Below are positions 38,317 to 46,641 of a stretch of 59,172 nt of DNA, piece after piece. Each line of letters opens with the position of its first letter. The stretch's first letter is position 1. The DNA comes from Minisyncoccia bacterium (GTDB lineage Bacteria; Patescibacteriota; Minisyncoccia; Phycocordibacterales; UBA9973): positions 1 to 59,172 of the forward strand of contig JBBRWS010000007.1 of the NCBI GenBank assembly GCA_038249055.1. The letters are read 5' to 3'. Below the pieces are notes generated by a model. It did no database searches. It worked only from the letters and a program-made list of their open reading frames with translations, and had not been told where the DNA came from. Both the position numbers and the translations under genes were made by a program.

Positions 38317-38856
38317 ATGTTTAAATTCTTAAAAGTAAAATCTAAAAAAGTGAAGGGTTTTACGCTTATTGAATTATTGGTTGCGATTGCTATTATTGGA
38401 GTTTTATCAAGTGTTGTTATAGGATCTTTGAATAGAGCTCGAATGAGAGGTCGTGATTCAACAAGACTTATGAATATGACTCAAATGCAAATAGCGCTCG
38501 ATTTATACCATCTAAATAATAGACAGTTTCCCAATTCTGATTTTCTTGGATGTGGAGGTTGGGATGCTTCAGGTATATCAGGTACTGAAACAAGTGGAAC
38601 TTTTACTACCGCACTTGTTAATGGTAAGTATTTACCTCAACATTTGAGTGATCCGTCAATTAATGATAATTGTGGTAATTATAGATATTATCGTTATCCT
38701 CCTCAGTTAGGATGCGAAGCAGGTTATTTTTATGTTCTAGGTGTGGTTAATATGGAAACAAGTGGAAATCCTTACCCGAATAGTCCAGGTTGGTCTTGTC
38801 CTGGTAGTAGAAATTGGCAAGGTGAAATGGAGTGGGTAACAGGAAAATTTGAATAA
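38317..38856 (+). CDS. Type IV pilin-like protein (prepilin-type N-terminal domain)
   Basis: ..KKVKG/FTLIELLVAIAIIG; Cys pairs in C-terminal domain. Confidence 0.8.
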   Translation: MFKFLKVKSKKVKGFTLIELLVAIAIIGVLSSVVIGSLNRARMRGRDSTRLMNMTQMQIALDLYHLNNRQFPNSDFLGCGGWDASGISGTETSGTFTTALVNGKYLPQHLSDPSINDNCGNYRYYRYPPQLGCEAGYFYVLGVVNMETSGNPYPNSPGWSCPGSRNWQGEMEWVTGKFE

Positions 38857-38888
38857 ATAAAAATCCCTCATTATGAGGGATTTTTATT
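38857..38888. terminator. Bidirectional terminator between pilin gene and thrS
   Basis: aaaaatccctca/tgagggattttt. Confidence 0.7.
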
Positions 38889-38890
38889 TA

Positions 38891-40642
38891 CTAATTCAAA
38901 GTTCTATTTTTAATTTCACTTAAAAGTTTTTCCAAGAATTTTTCAGTTGTAATTCCTTCAAGTTTTTCAGTTCTTGTTTCAACTGTTATTAGTCCAGATT
39001 CTTTTTCTTTATCACCAATAACAATCATATAGGGAACCTTTTGCATCTTTGCATTACGGATTCTTTTTCCTAGAGATTCATTCGAATCATCTAGTTCAAC
39101 TCGGATGTCAGATTCTTGTAAAGCTTTGTATACAGTATCCGCATATTCTTTTTGATGTTCTGAAATAGGCAAAATTGTAACTTGAATGGGTGATAGCCAA
39201 ACAGGATATGCTCCAGCAAAGTGTTCTATCATAACTCCCATAAATCTCTCAAGTGAGCCAGATATAGCGCGGTGTATTACTACTGGTCTCTCTTCTTCAC
39301 CACGCTCATTTATGAATTTTAATTCAAATCTTTCAGGTAAATTAAAATCGCATTGAATAGTAGCAAGTTGCCACTCACGTCCAATTGCATCTTTAAATAT
39401 AAAGTCTAACTTTGGGCCATAAAAAGCTGCCTCATCACGAGCGATTTTATAATTTAAATTATTTTCTTTGGCTGATTGTTCAAGTGTTTCTTCAGCCTTA
39501 TTCCAATATTCATCAGTTCCTAAATATTTACTTTTATCATCACCACGAACAGAAAGAGTAACTCTATATTCATTCATCATTCCCATTGTTGTATAGAAAG
39601 ATTTTATGATTTCGACTATAGTACTTACTTCTTGTCCTATTTGTGAAATTCTGCAAAATAAATGTCCATCATCTTGTGTAATAGCACGAACACGTGTTAA
39701 CCCCGAAAGTTGTCCTGCTTTTTCATAACGATATACAGTTGCAGCTTCAAAATATCTTACTGGCATATCTCTATATGAGAATTGATTGTCGGAAAAAATT
39801 TGCATATGGTGAGGACAACTCATAGGTTTCATGTAGAAGTCTTCATCCCCACCTTTTACTCGGAAAAGTTCTTCTCCAAATTTTGCAGCGTGACCAGAAG
39901 TTTCATACAATTCTTTTTTTGTAATATGAGGTGTCCACACTTGGCTGTACCCTTTATTTTTATGAAGACTCCAAAGAAAATTTTCAATTTCTTTTTTAAT
40001 AATCATTCCTTTTGGTTGAAGAAGTGGCAATCCAGAACCAACAAGTTCAGAAATAGTAAATAACTTTTGCTCCTTTCCTATTTTTCTGTGGTCTCTTTTC
40101 TTTGCTTCTTCTTGCTGTAATAGGTAAGCATCAAGTTCATCTTTTGTATCAAATGATAAACCGTAGATACGAGTAAGCATTTTATTTTTTTCGCTTCCAC
40201 GCCAGTAGGCTCCAGCAATACGCTCAAGTTTAAATGAATCAAGAGGAATTTCTTTTGATGGATTTTCTGCATGTCCTCCACGGCAAAGGTCTGTAAAATT
40301 GCCACAAGTATATAGAGTTATTTTTTCACCACGAGAAATGATTTCTTCAATGAGTTCTAATTTGTAAATATTACCTTTAAATATTTCTCTCGCTTCATCT
40401 CCTGAAACTTCTTTGTGTGTAAATTCAGTCCATGAAGGCAAATTTTTCTTCATGGTTTTTTCTATTGTAATTAAATTTTCATCACTGATTTTATCTGTTC
40501 CGAAATCAATATCATAATAAAATCCATTATCTACTGATGGCCCCAGTGTGAGTAGGGAATTGGGATAATGCTCGTGAGCAGCTTGCGCTAGTAAGTGAGC
40601 GAGTGTGTGACGTATATGAGATAGGTGTTCGTTGTTTTCCAT
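38891..40642 (-). CDS. thrS: Threonine--tRNA ligase lacking the N-terminal TGS domain
   Basis: HIRHTLAHLLAQA (editing/SAD H-x3-H), class II core, C-terminal anticodon-binding domain; ATG at 40642 preferred over TTG at 40660. Confidence 0.9.
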   Translation of the reverse strand: MENNEHLSHIRHTLAHLLAQAAHEHYPNSLLTLGPSVDNGFYYDIDFGTDKISDENLITIEKTMKKNLPSWTEFTHKEVSGDEAREIFKGNIYKLELIEEIISRGEKITLYTCGNFTDLCRGGHAENPSKEIPLDSFKLERIAGAYWRGSEKNKMLTRIYGLSFDTKDELDAYLLQQEEAKKRDHRKIGKEQKLFTISELVGSGLPLLQPKGMIIKKEIENFLWSLHKNKGYSQVWTPHITKKELYETSGHAAKFGEELFRVKGGDEDFYMKPMSCPHHMQIFSDNQFSYRDMPVRYFEAATVYRYEKAGQLSGLTRVRAITQDDGHLFCRISQIGQEVSTIVEIIKSFYTTMGMMNEYRVTLSVRGDDKSKYLGTDEYWNKAEETLEQSAKENNLNYKIARDEAAFYGPKLDFIFKDAIGREWQLATIQCDFNLPERFELKFINERGEEERPVVIHRAISGSLERFMGVMIEHFAGAYPVWLSPIQVTILPISEHQKEYADTVYKALQESDIRVELDDSNESLGKRIRNAKMQKVPYMIVIGDKEKESGLITVETRTEKLEGITTEKFLEKLLSEIKNRTLN

Positions 40643-40670
40643 GGTATTTAAACGAAACAAATTATTTTAT

Positions 40671-40740
40671 AAAAAGGTCTCAATCAGTAGATTGACCTAC
40701 TGGGTGGCTTCCACCATTCCCTCATCCGAGGACCTTTTTT
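40671..40740. repeat. 70-nt structured repeat element in the thrS leader (contains the dispersed hairpin motif)
   Basis: aaaaaggtc...gaccttttt closing stem, hairpins ggtgg-aagc-cacc and cagtag-n6-ctactg; shares a 21-mer and a 13-mer with other loci. Confidence 0.45.
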
Positions 40741-40786
40741 AGAAAAACAATTTGTGTAGTTTTTTTATTAATTTATAAATTAAAAT

Positions 40787-40935
40787 CGCCCCGACAAAAA
40801 ATGAAAAATTCATTTTTTGTCGGGGCGAGTCTCATCGCGGTTCCACCCAACTTTGTTCTTTATATTATATAGATTAGCCTTTCGGTTCCAAGCATTGTCA
40901 GAATTATGGTTGGTAGCCATAACAATCTCTACTTT
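40787..40935 (-). promoter_or_regulatory. T-box riboswitch leader (Thr-specific, very short Stem I) upstream of thrS
   Basis: Minus strand: aaagttGGGTGGAACCGCG T-box sequence (40848-40836 core), antiterminator with 7-nt bulge UGGAACC, competing 19-bp terminator (40827-40787), Stem I hairpin with loop CUACCAA (ACC at 40914-40912). Confidence 0.75.
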
Positions 40936-40969
40936 TATAATATATCCCTTTTTTAGATAATATAACATA

Positions 40970-40998
40970 TTGACTTATTATGTTTAATATGTTACTAT
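40970..40998 (+). promoter_or_regulatory. Sigma70-type promoter ttgact-N17-(tgt)tactat for the Nudix ORF
   Basis: -35 at 40970-75, extended -10 at 40990-98. Confidence 0.5.
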
Positions 40999-41089
40999 GA
41001 GCGTAAGTGGGTTTATGCAGTTGCATATAGAAAAGCCCTAAAAGAATTATTTAAAAAAGTCCTCTGATAAAGTAAGGAGGCATAAAGCT

Positions 41090-41668
41090 ATAGAAGCAAA
41101 TATTTACGAAGAGATAACCAATAAGATTGGTTTACTTCATTCACAGGGATTCGACAGAATCCATCTTCCAGGTGGAACTGCAAAAGACGGTTCCTTTTAT
41201 GTTGGAGGTATTATTTTTCGTTTTAATCTTGAAACGAAAAATGTTGAATTTTTAGGAGTTCCCTATAATTCAAACTATCACCTAAATGGTGAGAGTGGCC
41301 ACAATAAAAAATCTGGAGAGTTTCAGGAGGATGCATTTATCAGAGAAACTCTCGAAGAAACTGGATTACAGATTCTTCCGAGTAGTTTAAAAGTACTCTT
41401 TCAAAAGCAAATTCCAGACAATCGTCCTGGAAAAACTGATAAATTTCACACTAAAATTTTTTATTTAGTGAAAGAATTTACCGGGAATTTGTTTACATTT
41501 GACGGTCCAAATCCAATTGACGGCGAAACAGCCGCTCCACTTTGGGTTCCGGCTCAATTGTTTGTTAAAGTAGTATTTGGCGGTCATTTAAAAGCCGTTA
41601 AAATTGCTATCCAAGAATTGAGTATGGAAAACCGTGAGTATGCAATCTCCTTAATGAACCTTTTGTAA
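41090..41668 (+). CDS. Nudix hydrolase-like protein; start codon uncertain (candidate ATA 41090; only the GTG at 41468 is canonical)
   Basis: Open frame from 41042; Nudix box SGEFQEDAFIRETLEETGL; taaggagg at 41073-41080; no ATG/GTG/TTG in frame before 41468. Confidence 0.5.
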   Translation: MEANIYEEITNKIGLLHSQGFDRIHLPGGTAKDGSFYVGGIIFRFNLETKNVEFLGVPYNSNYHLNGESGHNKKSGEFQEDAFIRETLEETGLQILPSSLKVLFQKQIPDNRPGKTDKFHTKIFYLVKEFTGNLFTFDGPNPIDGETAAPLWVPAQLFVKVVFGGHLKAVKIAIQELSMENREYAISLMNLL

Positions 41669-41700
41669 TAATTCACATTATGTTCATGTTAATAAAATCT

Positions 41701-41731
41701 AAAGGTCCGACATTTAATGTTCGGACCTTTT
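41701..41731 (+). terminator. Rho-independent terminator after Nudix ORF
   Basis: aaaggtccga...tcggaccttt hairpin plus T-run. Confidence 0.6.
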
Positions 41732-41756
41732 CATTTGCGTTTTTAATGAAAATCAG

Positions 41757-41762
41757 TATACT
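41757..41762 (+). promoter_or_regulatory. -10 element (tatact), 6 nt upstream of ATG 41769
   Basis: Spacing measured; no TG extension. Confidence 0.4.
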
Positions 41763-41768
41763 ATCTAT

Positions 41769-41975
41769 ATGGTTATACGAATGAGACATACACGTTCCCA
41801 TACAGGGAACCGAAGATCACATCATGCGCTAAAAGCGCCTGTTTTTACTACATGTACTAACTGTGAGCAGAAAAAAGAAACTCACATAGTTTGTAAGCAT
41901 TGTGGTTTTTACCGTGGACGTAAAGTTCTAGATGTGGTTAAAAAAGTTGAAAAAAAACAAGCTAAGAAAAAATAG
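41769..41975 (+). CDS. rpmF: 50S ribosomal protein L32
   Basis: RHTRSHTGNRRSHHAL and CxxC...CxxC zinc-ribbon pattern. Confidence 0.9.
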   Translation: MVIRMRHTRSHTGNRRSHHALKAPVFTTCTNCEQKKETHIVCKHCGFYRGRKVLDVVKKVEKKQAKKK

Positions 41976-42079
41976 TTCATAAAGTAGAAAGTTCTAAAGT
42001 TTGTAAAGTGGAATTAAGGCATGTGTTTTATTGCTTTATAACTTTAAAAACTTTATAACTTTTAACTTACCTATACATT

Positions 42080-42988
42080 ATGGCAAACCGGCACCTTTCA
42101 CGTTCAATTGTTTTACAGACACTCTTTGAGTGGGATTTTGCTGTCTCAAAAGACACAGAGCCAGAAGAGATGCTTGAAAGAAACATTGAAGAGTTCGGTC
42201 CAGGGCTTGATGATTCAGAATTTATGACTGAGCTTTTTCTTGGTGTTGTAAAGAAGAAAGCAATAATAGATGAAATAATTGAAAAAGCAGCACCTGATTG
42301 GCCAATAGATAAAATATCTGTAGTTGACCGAAATATTCTTCGTATAGGATTATATGAACTTCTTTTTGGTGACAGAACTCAAGTTCCACCAAAAGTTGCT
42401 ATAAATGAATCAATTGAACTTGCTAAAAGTTTTGGGGGAGAGAATTCTAGTAAATTTATAAATGGAGTTCTTGGTGGAGTCTATAAAGAAATAGGAGAAC
42501 CAGGGAAAGATGATGTTGGTAAAAAAAAGAATAAAGTTTTTGAGACTGACCCAGCTAAATTTCCAATAGAAAAAAAAGCAGGGGCGGTAGTCTATGCTTA
42601 TAATAATGGCGATATCTATTTTGCTTTTGTTCACGATGTTTTCGGTTACTGGACTCTTTCAAAAGGAAGCATAGAAGAGGGAGAGAATGAAGAACAGGGA
42701 GCCATTCGTGAAATAAAAGAAGAAATGGGTCTTGATATTAAAATTAAAGAATTACTTGGACGTAATGAATATATAGCCAATCATCCAGAAAAAGGAAAAA
42801 TTAAAAGACAAGTAATTTTCTTTTTGGCCGAGTCAGATTATAGTGATATTGTTCTTGAAAAAGGTACTGGTGGACTTGATGATGCCCGTTGGTTTTTGAT
42901 AAGTGAAGTTCCAAGTCTCAAAATGTATGACAATATGATTCCTCTTTTGACTAAAGCGATAGAAATTTTAACAACAAAAAAAAGCTAG
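42080..42988 (+). CDS. nusB: NusB antitermination factor fused to a C-terminal Nudix hydrolase domain
   Basis: N-terminal RSIVLQTLFEWDF...NESIELAK..FINGVLG (NusB); C-terminal GSIEEGENEEQGAIREIKEEMGL is a perfect Nudix box. Confidence 0.8.
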   Translation: MANRHLSRSIVLQTLFEWDFAVSKDTEPEEMLERNIEEFGPGLDDSEFMTELFLGVVKKKAIIDEIIEKAAPDWPIDKISVVDRNILRIGLYELLFGDRTQVPPKVAINESIELAKSFGGENSSKFINGVLGGVYKEIGEPGKDDVGKKKNKVFETDPAKFPIEKKAGAVVYAYNNGDIYFAFVHDVFGYWTLSKGSIEEGENEEQGAIREIKEEMGLDIKIKELLGRNEYIANHPEKGKIKRQVIFFLAESDYSDIVLEKGTGGLDDARWFLISEVPSLKMYDNMIPLLTKAIEILTTKKS

Positions 42989-43021
42989 CCCTTAGAGACT
43001 AACTACTTGAAAATAATTACC

Positions 43022-43717
43022 ATGATAGATTTCTCACAATTTGAAACAAAAACCAAAATAGTTTTTAATGATAAAAAATTATTAGAACAAGCATTTATAC
43101 ATCGTTCTTATATTAATGAAAATACTGGATCCAACCTTTGTCATAATGAACGTTTGGAATTTTTGGGTGATGCAGTGTTAGAACTTATTGTTACCGACTA
43201 TTTATATAATAAGTATCCTGATAGAGATGAAGGGGATTTAACTGCCTACAGGTCATCCCTTGTAAATGCAGTAATAATAGGTGAAATTGCTCTTTCTCTA
43301 GGAATGAATGAGTATCTTCTTTTGTCTAAAGGTGAAGCAAAGGATATTGGAAAAGCCCGAGGTTATATTCTTGCCAATACTTATGAAGCCTATGTTGGAG
43401 CGGTATATTTAGATCGTGGATATGAAGTCGCTCGCGATTTTATTGCAAAAACTCTTTTTAATAAAATAGATACCATTGTTGCAAAAAAATTATGGCGAGA
43501 CCCAAAAAGTTTAGTTCAAGAAAAATCTCAGGAATTTTTAAATGTAACTCCGGCTTATAAAGTGCTTCATGAAGCAGGACCCGACCATGATAAACATTTT
43601 ACAATTGGAATATTTTTTGGTGACAAGCTTATCGCTGAAGGAAAAGGAAAATCTAAACAGGAAGCTGAGCAGGCTGCTGCTCATAAAGCATTAGAAATTA
43701 AAGAATGGTTAGATTAA
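43022..43717 (+). CDS. rnc: Ribonuclease III
   Basis: NERLEFLGDAVLELIV signature, C-terminal dsRBD; ATG 43022 preferred over TTG 43007. Confidence 0.9.
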   Translation: MIDFSQFETKTKIVFNDKKLLEQAFIHRSYINENTGSNLCHNERLEFLGDAVLELIVTDYLYNKYPDRDEGDLTAYRSSLVNAVIIGEIALSLGMNEYLLLSKGEAKDIGKARGYILANTYEAYVGAVYLDRGYEVARDFIAKTLFNKIDTIVAKKLWRDPKSLVQEKSQEFLNVTPAYKVLHEAGPDHDKHFTIGIFFGDKLIAEGKGKSKQEAEQAAAHKALEIKEWLD

Positions 43718-43718
43718 A

Positions 43719-45992
43719 ATGACTCTTAAATCAATTGAGTTAACAGGATTTAAATCATTTGGCAAAAAAAGCATTGTATCTTTTACAACGCCGATTACTT
43801 CTATTGTGGGACCAAACGGTTCAGGTAAATCAAATATAGTAGAAGCAATACGTTTTGTACTAGGGGAACAATCAATGAAATCTCTACGTGGTAAAGGAGG
43901 GATAGACCTAATCTTTAAGGGGTCAAAAGGCTTGTCTTCTTCAAATCGAGCGCAAGTTCTTATAACTTTTGATAATACTAATAAAATTTTCTCTTTTACA
44001 AATAGTGGACTTGGCGTGTCCCTAGATTATGATGAGATAGTAATAGGTAGAGAAGTATACGCAGATGGGGCAAATAAATATTCTATTAATCATACAGAAG
44101 TTCGCCTTAAAGATATAATAGACTTGCTCGCTTCTGTTAATATTGGAAGTTCTGGTCATCATATTATTTCTCAAGGAGAAGCTGACCGTGTACTTAATGC
44201 CTCAAATAAAGAGAGAAGAGGAATGATAGAGGACGCACTTGGATTAAAAGTGTATCAATTTAGAATAAAAGAATCGACACGAAAATTAGATAAAACTTTA
44301 ATAAATATAAAAGAGGTTCAGGCTCTCAGACGTGAAATTGCTCCGCATTTAGTATTTTTAAAAAAGCAGGTTCAAGTAGTAGAACGTGCACGTGAAATGC
44401 GCGAGGAACTTCGAAATCTTTATAAAACATATCTTTCAAATGAAGGTACTTATATAAATAATGAGACTCAAAGATTAAATATTTTAAGTAATTCGTTAAA
44501 TGAAAAAGGATTATCCCTTGATTCTCGTATAAAAGATTTACAAGAAAAGAATAAAGAAAATCAAGTAGAAAATATATACTCTAAAGAAATAGGAGAGAAT
44601 GAAAACAAGGTCTCTATTATTAGAAATGAAAAAAATGAATTAATTCGAAAACTTGGACGTGTTGAGGGGATAATAGAAGGAATAGAACATCAATTCTCTC
44701 GAGTAAAGGAAGTGAAAAATAAAGTAATAGGAGAAAGCGAATGGAGGAATTTTATTTCCGACATGTCTTTACAAATAGATGAAGCAATTAAAATAGAAGA
44801 TTTACCCAGTGTTATTAGTGTTCTTAAGAATATTAAATTACGCTTAGAAGAATTTTTTGATAATAAAGATATAAATGAGGTAGAAAATATTTCAATTGAT
44901 GATAACGTTGAATATAAAGAAGTATTAAAAACAAAAGATGAAATTTTAAACGAAATAGAAAAGAAGCAGGTAGATGAAAGAAATCTATTAGATATTATTT
45001 CAGTTTTAAAACAAAAAGAGCAAGAAAACCAAGCAACGTATCGTGATGGAGAACGTATTTTATATGAATTATTAAAGGAAAGGAATGAAGTTACTTCAAA
45101 TTCACACACTCTTTCTTTTGAAGAAGAGAAACTTTCAATGATAAAAAATTCATTTGAAATCGAGCTCACGGAAGCGGGTGTTTTAATAGGAAGAGAAATA
45201 ATATCTTTTGCACAAATGCATGTTGATGGTGATATTGTTCGTTCTTCTCAGGATGAACTTCATCGTAAGATAGAGCGTATAAAGATTAAGATTGAAGATG
45301 CTGGTAGTGGAGGAGGTGGTGATATTATAAAAGAATATGAAGAAACAACTGAGCGTGATACGTTTTTAGCAAAAGAAATTGAGGATTTAAATAAAAGCAT
45401 AAAAGATTGTAATCTTCTCATTCAGGAATTAAAAGAAAAATTAGATGCCGAATTTAAGAGTGGTGTTGAAAAAATAAATAAACAATTCCAAGAATTTTTT
45501 GCTTTAATGTTTGGAGGGGGAGGAGCTTTCCTTTCTATCACTATGGAACATAAAAAACCAAGGAAAAATGATGAAGTAGCAACAGAAGAAGAAGTAGAAT
45601 CAAGTGAAGAGGAGGAAGAAAATGAAATTGGTTTTGAAAGAGGTATAGAAATAAATGTGAACCTTCCTCATAAAAAAGTAAAAGATTTACATATGCTCTC
45701 AGGAGGAGAAAGATCACTAACTTCTATTGCACTGCTCTTCGCAATTTCACAAGTAAACCCACCACCATTTTTAGTCCTCGATGAGACTGATGCAGCCCTT
45801 GATGAGGCAAATTCTCGTAAATATGGAAACATGTTGGAAAACTTATCCAAATATTCTCAGCTTATAGTTGTAACACATAATAGAGAAACAATGTCTCGAG
45901 CTCAAGTATTATATGGGGTGACAATGAGTGCCGAAGGAGCTTCTAAGCTTCTATCTATTCATCTTGAAGACGCTACATCATACGCTAAATAA
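43719..45992 (+). CDS. smc: SMC-like chromosome segregation ATPase, unusually short (757 aa)
   Basis: GPNGSGKSN Walker A, LSGGERSLTSIALLFAI signature, FLVLDETDAALD Walker B; only ~350 aa between the heads. Confidence 0.8.
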   Translation: MTLKSIELTGFKSFGKKSIVSFTTPITSIVGPNGSGKSNIVEAIRFVLGEQSMKSLRGKGGIDLIFKGSKGLSSSNRAQVLITFDNTNKIFSFTNSGLGVSLDYDEIVIGREVYADGANKYSINHTEVRLKDIIDLLASVNIGSSGHHIISQGEADRVLNASNKERRGMIEDALGLKVYQFRIKESTRKLDKTLINIKEVQALRREIAPHLVFLKKQVQVVERAREMREELRNLYKTYLSNEGTYINNETQRLNILSNSLNEKGLSLDSRIKDLQEKNKENQVENIYSKEIGENENKVSIIRNEKNELIRKLGRVEGIIEGIEHQFSRVKEVKNKVIGESEWRNFISDMSLQIDEAIKIEDLPSVISVLKNIKLRLEEFFDNKDINEVENISIDDNVEYKEVLKTKDEILNEIEKKQVDERNLLDIISVLKQKEQENQATYRDGERILYELLKERNEVTSNSHTLSFEEEKLSMIKNSFEIELTEAGVLIGREIISFAQMHVDGDIVRSSQDELHRKIERIKIKIEDAGSGGGGDIIKEYEETTERDTFLAKEIEDLNKSIKDCNLLIQELKEKLDAEFKSGVEKINKQFQEFFALMFGGGGAFLSITMEHKKPRKNDEVATEEEVESSEEEEENEIGFERGIEINVNLPHKKVKDLHMLSGGERSLTSIALLFAISQVNPPPFLVLDETDAALDEANSRKYGNMLENLSKYSQLIVVTHNRETMSRAQVLYGVTMSAEGASKLLSIHLEDATSYAK

Positions 45993-46018
45993 AAAACCCT
46001 ACATAAATAGGGTTTTTT
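45991..46018 (+). terminator. Rho-independent terminator after smc
   Basis: aaaaaacccta/tagggtttttt. Confidence 0.7.
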
Positions 46019-46132
46019 ATTTGATTAATTTTTAGATTTTGATTTAAGCGTACGCTTTTTTGACTTTTAGACTAAATTATGATATAATAATTAAAAATTT
46101 AAAATATATTTTTTAAATTAAAAAACAGAACA

Positions 46133-46570
46133 ATGATGAACAGGTTCCTTGTAATTATGCTACTTGCTATTACAGCAGTATGTTTTGTTTTGACAGAAAA
46201 ACAAAACAAGATTAATCCTTCACGTATATCTACTAAAGTGGTGGATATAACTACAGAAAAAGACTTACTTTCTCAATCGACTATTTCTGAGACAAATTTA
46301 ATTACAAAAGATGATTCAAACCCTTCTTCTGTAAAAAAAGTCAAAATCCTTAATAAGGATATTCAAGAAATGGTAGATCTTATAGTTTTTTTAAATGGGA
46401 TTCAAAATCCTAATTTAATTAAACCGAATCAACTTCTTTTATGTCGGTTCCCTGACAATCGACACTTCGAGTTTTACGAAGAGGTGGGGACAGGGCAATG
46501 TTTGTGGAGTATGGTCAAAAATTTACTCGAAGTTACGAATGTTTATAGACCAACTTATAAATCTCATTAA
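46133..46570 (+). CDS. Hypothetical membrane-anchored protein
   Basis: 145-aa ORF with N-terminal TM, flanked by terminators; faint LysM-like stretch only. Confidence 0.45.
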   Translation: MMNRFLVIMLLAITAVCFVLTEKQNKINPSRISTKVVDITTEKDLLSQSTISETNLITKDDSNPSSVKKVKILNKDIQEMVDLIVFLNGIQNPNLIKPNQLLLCRFPDNRHFEFYEEVGTGQCLWSMVKNLLEVTNVYRPTYKSH

Positions 46571-46594
46571 TAAAAAATGTAGTTAAATAACTAC

Positions 46595-46625
46595 AAAAAA
46601 CCGTCATAATCATGGCGGTTTTTTA
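46595..46625. terminator. Bidirectional terminator
   Basis: aaaaaaccgtcat/atggcggtttttt. Confidence 0.65.
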
Positions 46626-46641
46626 TATTTAATATGAAAAA

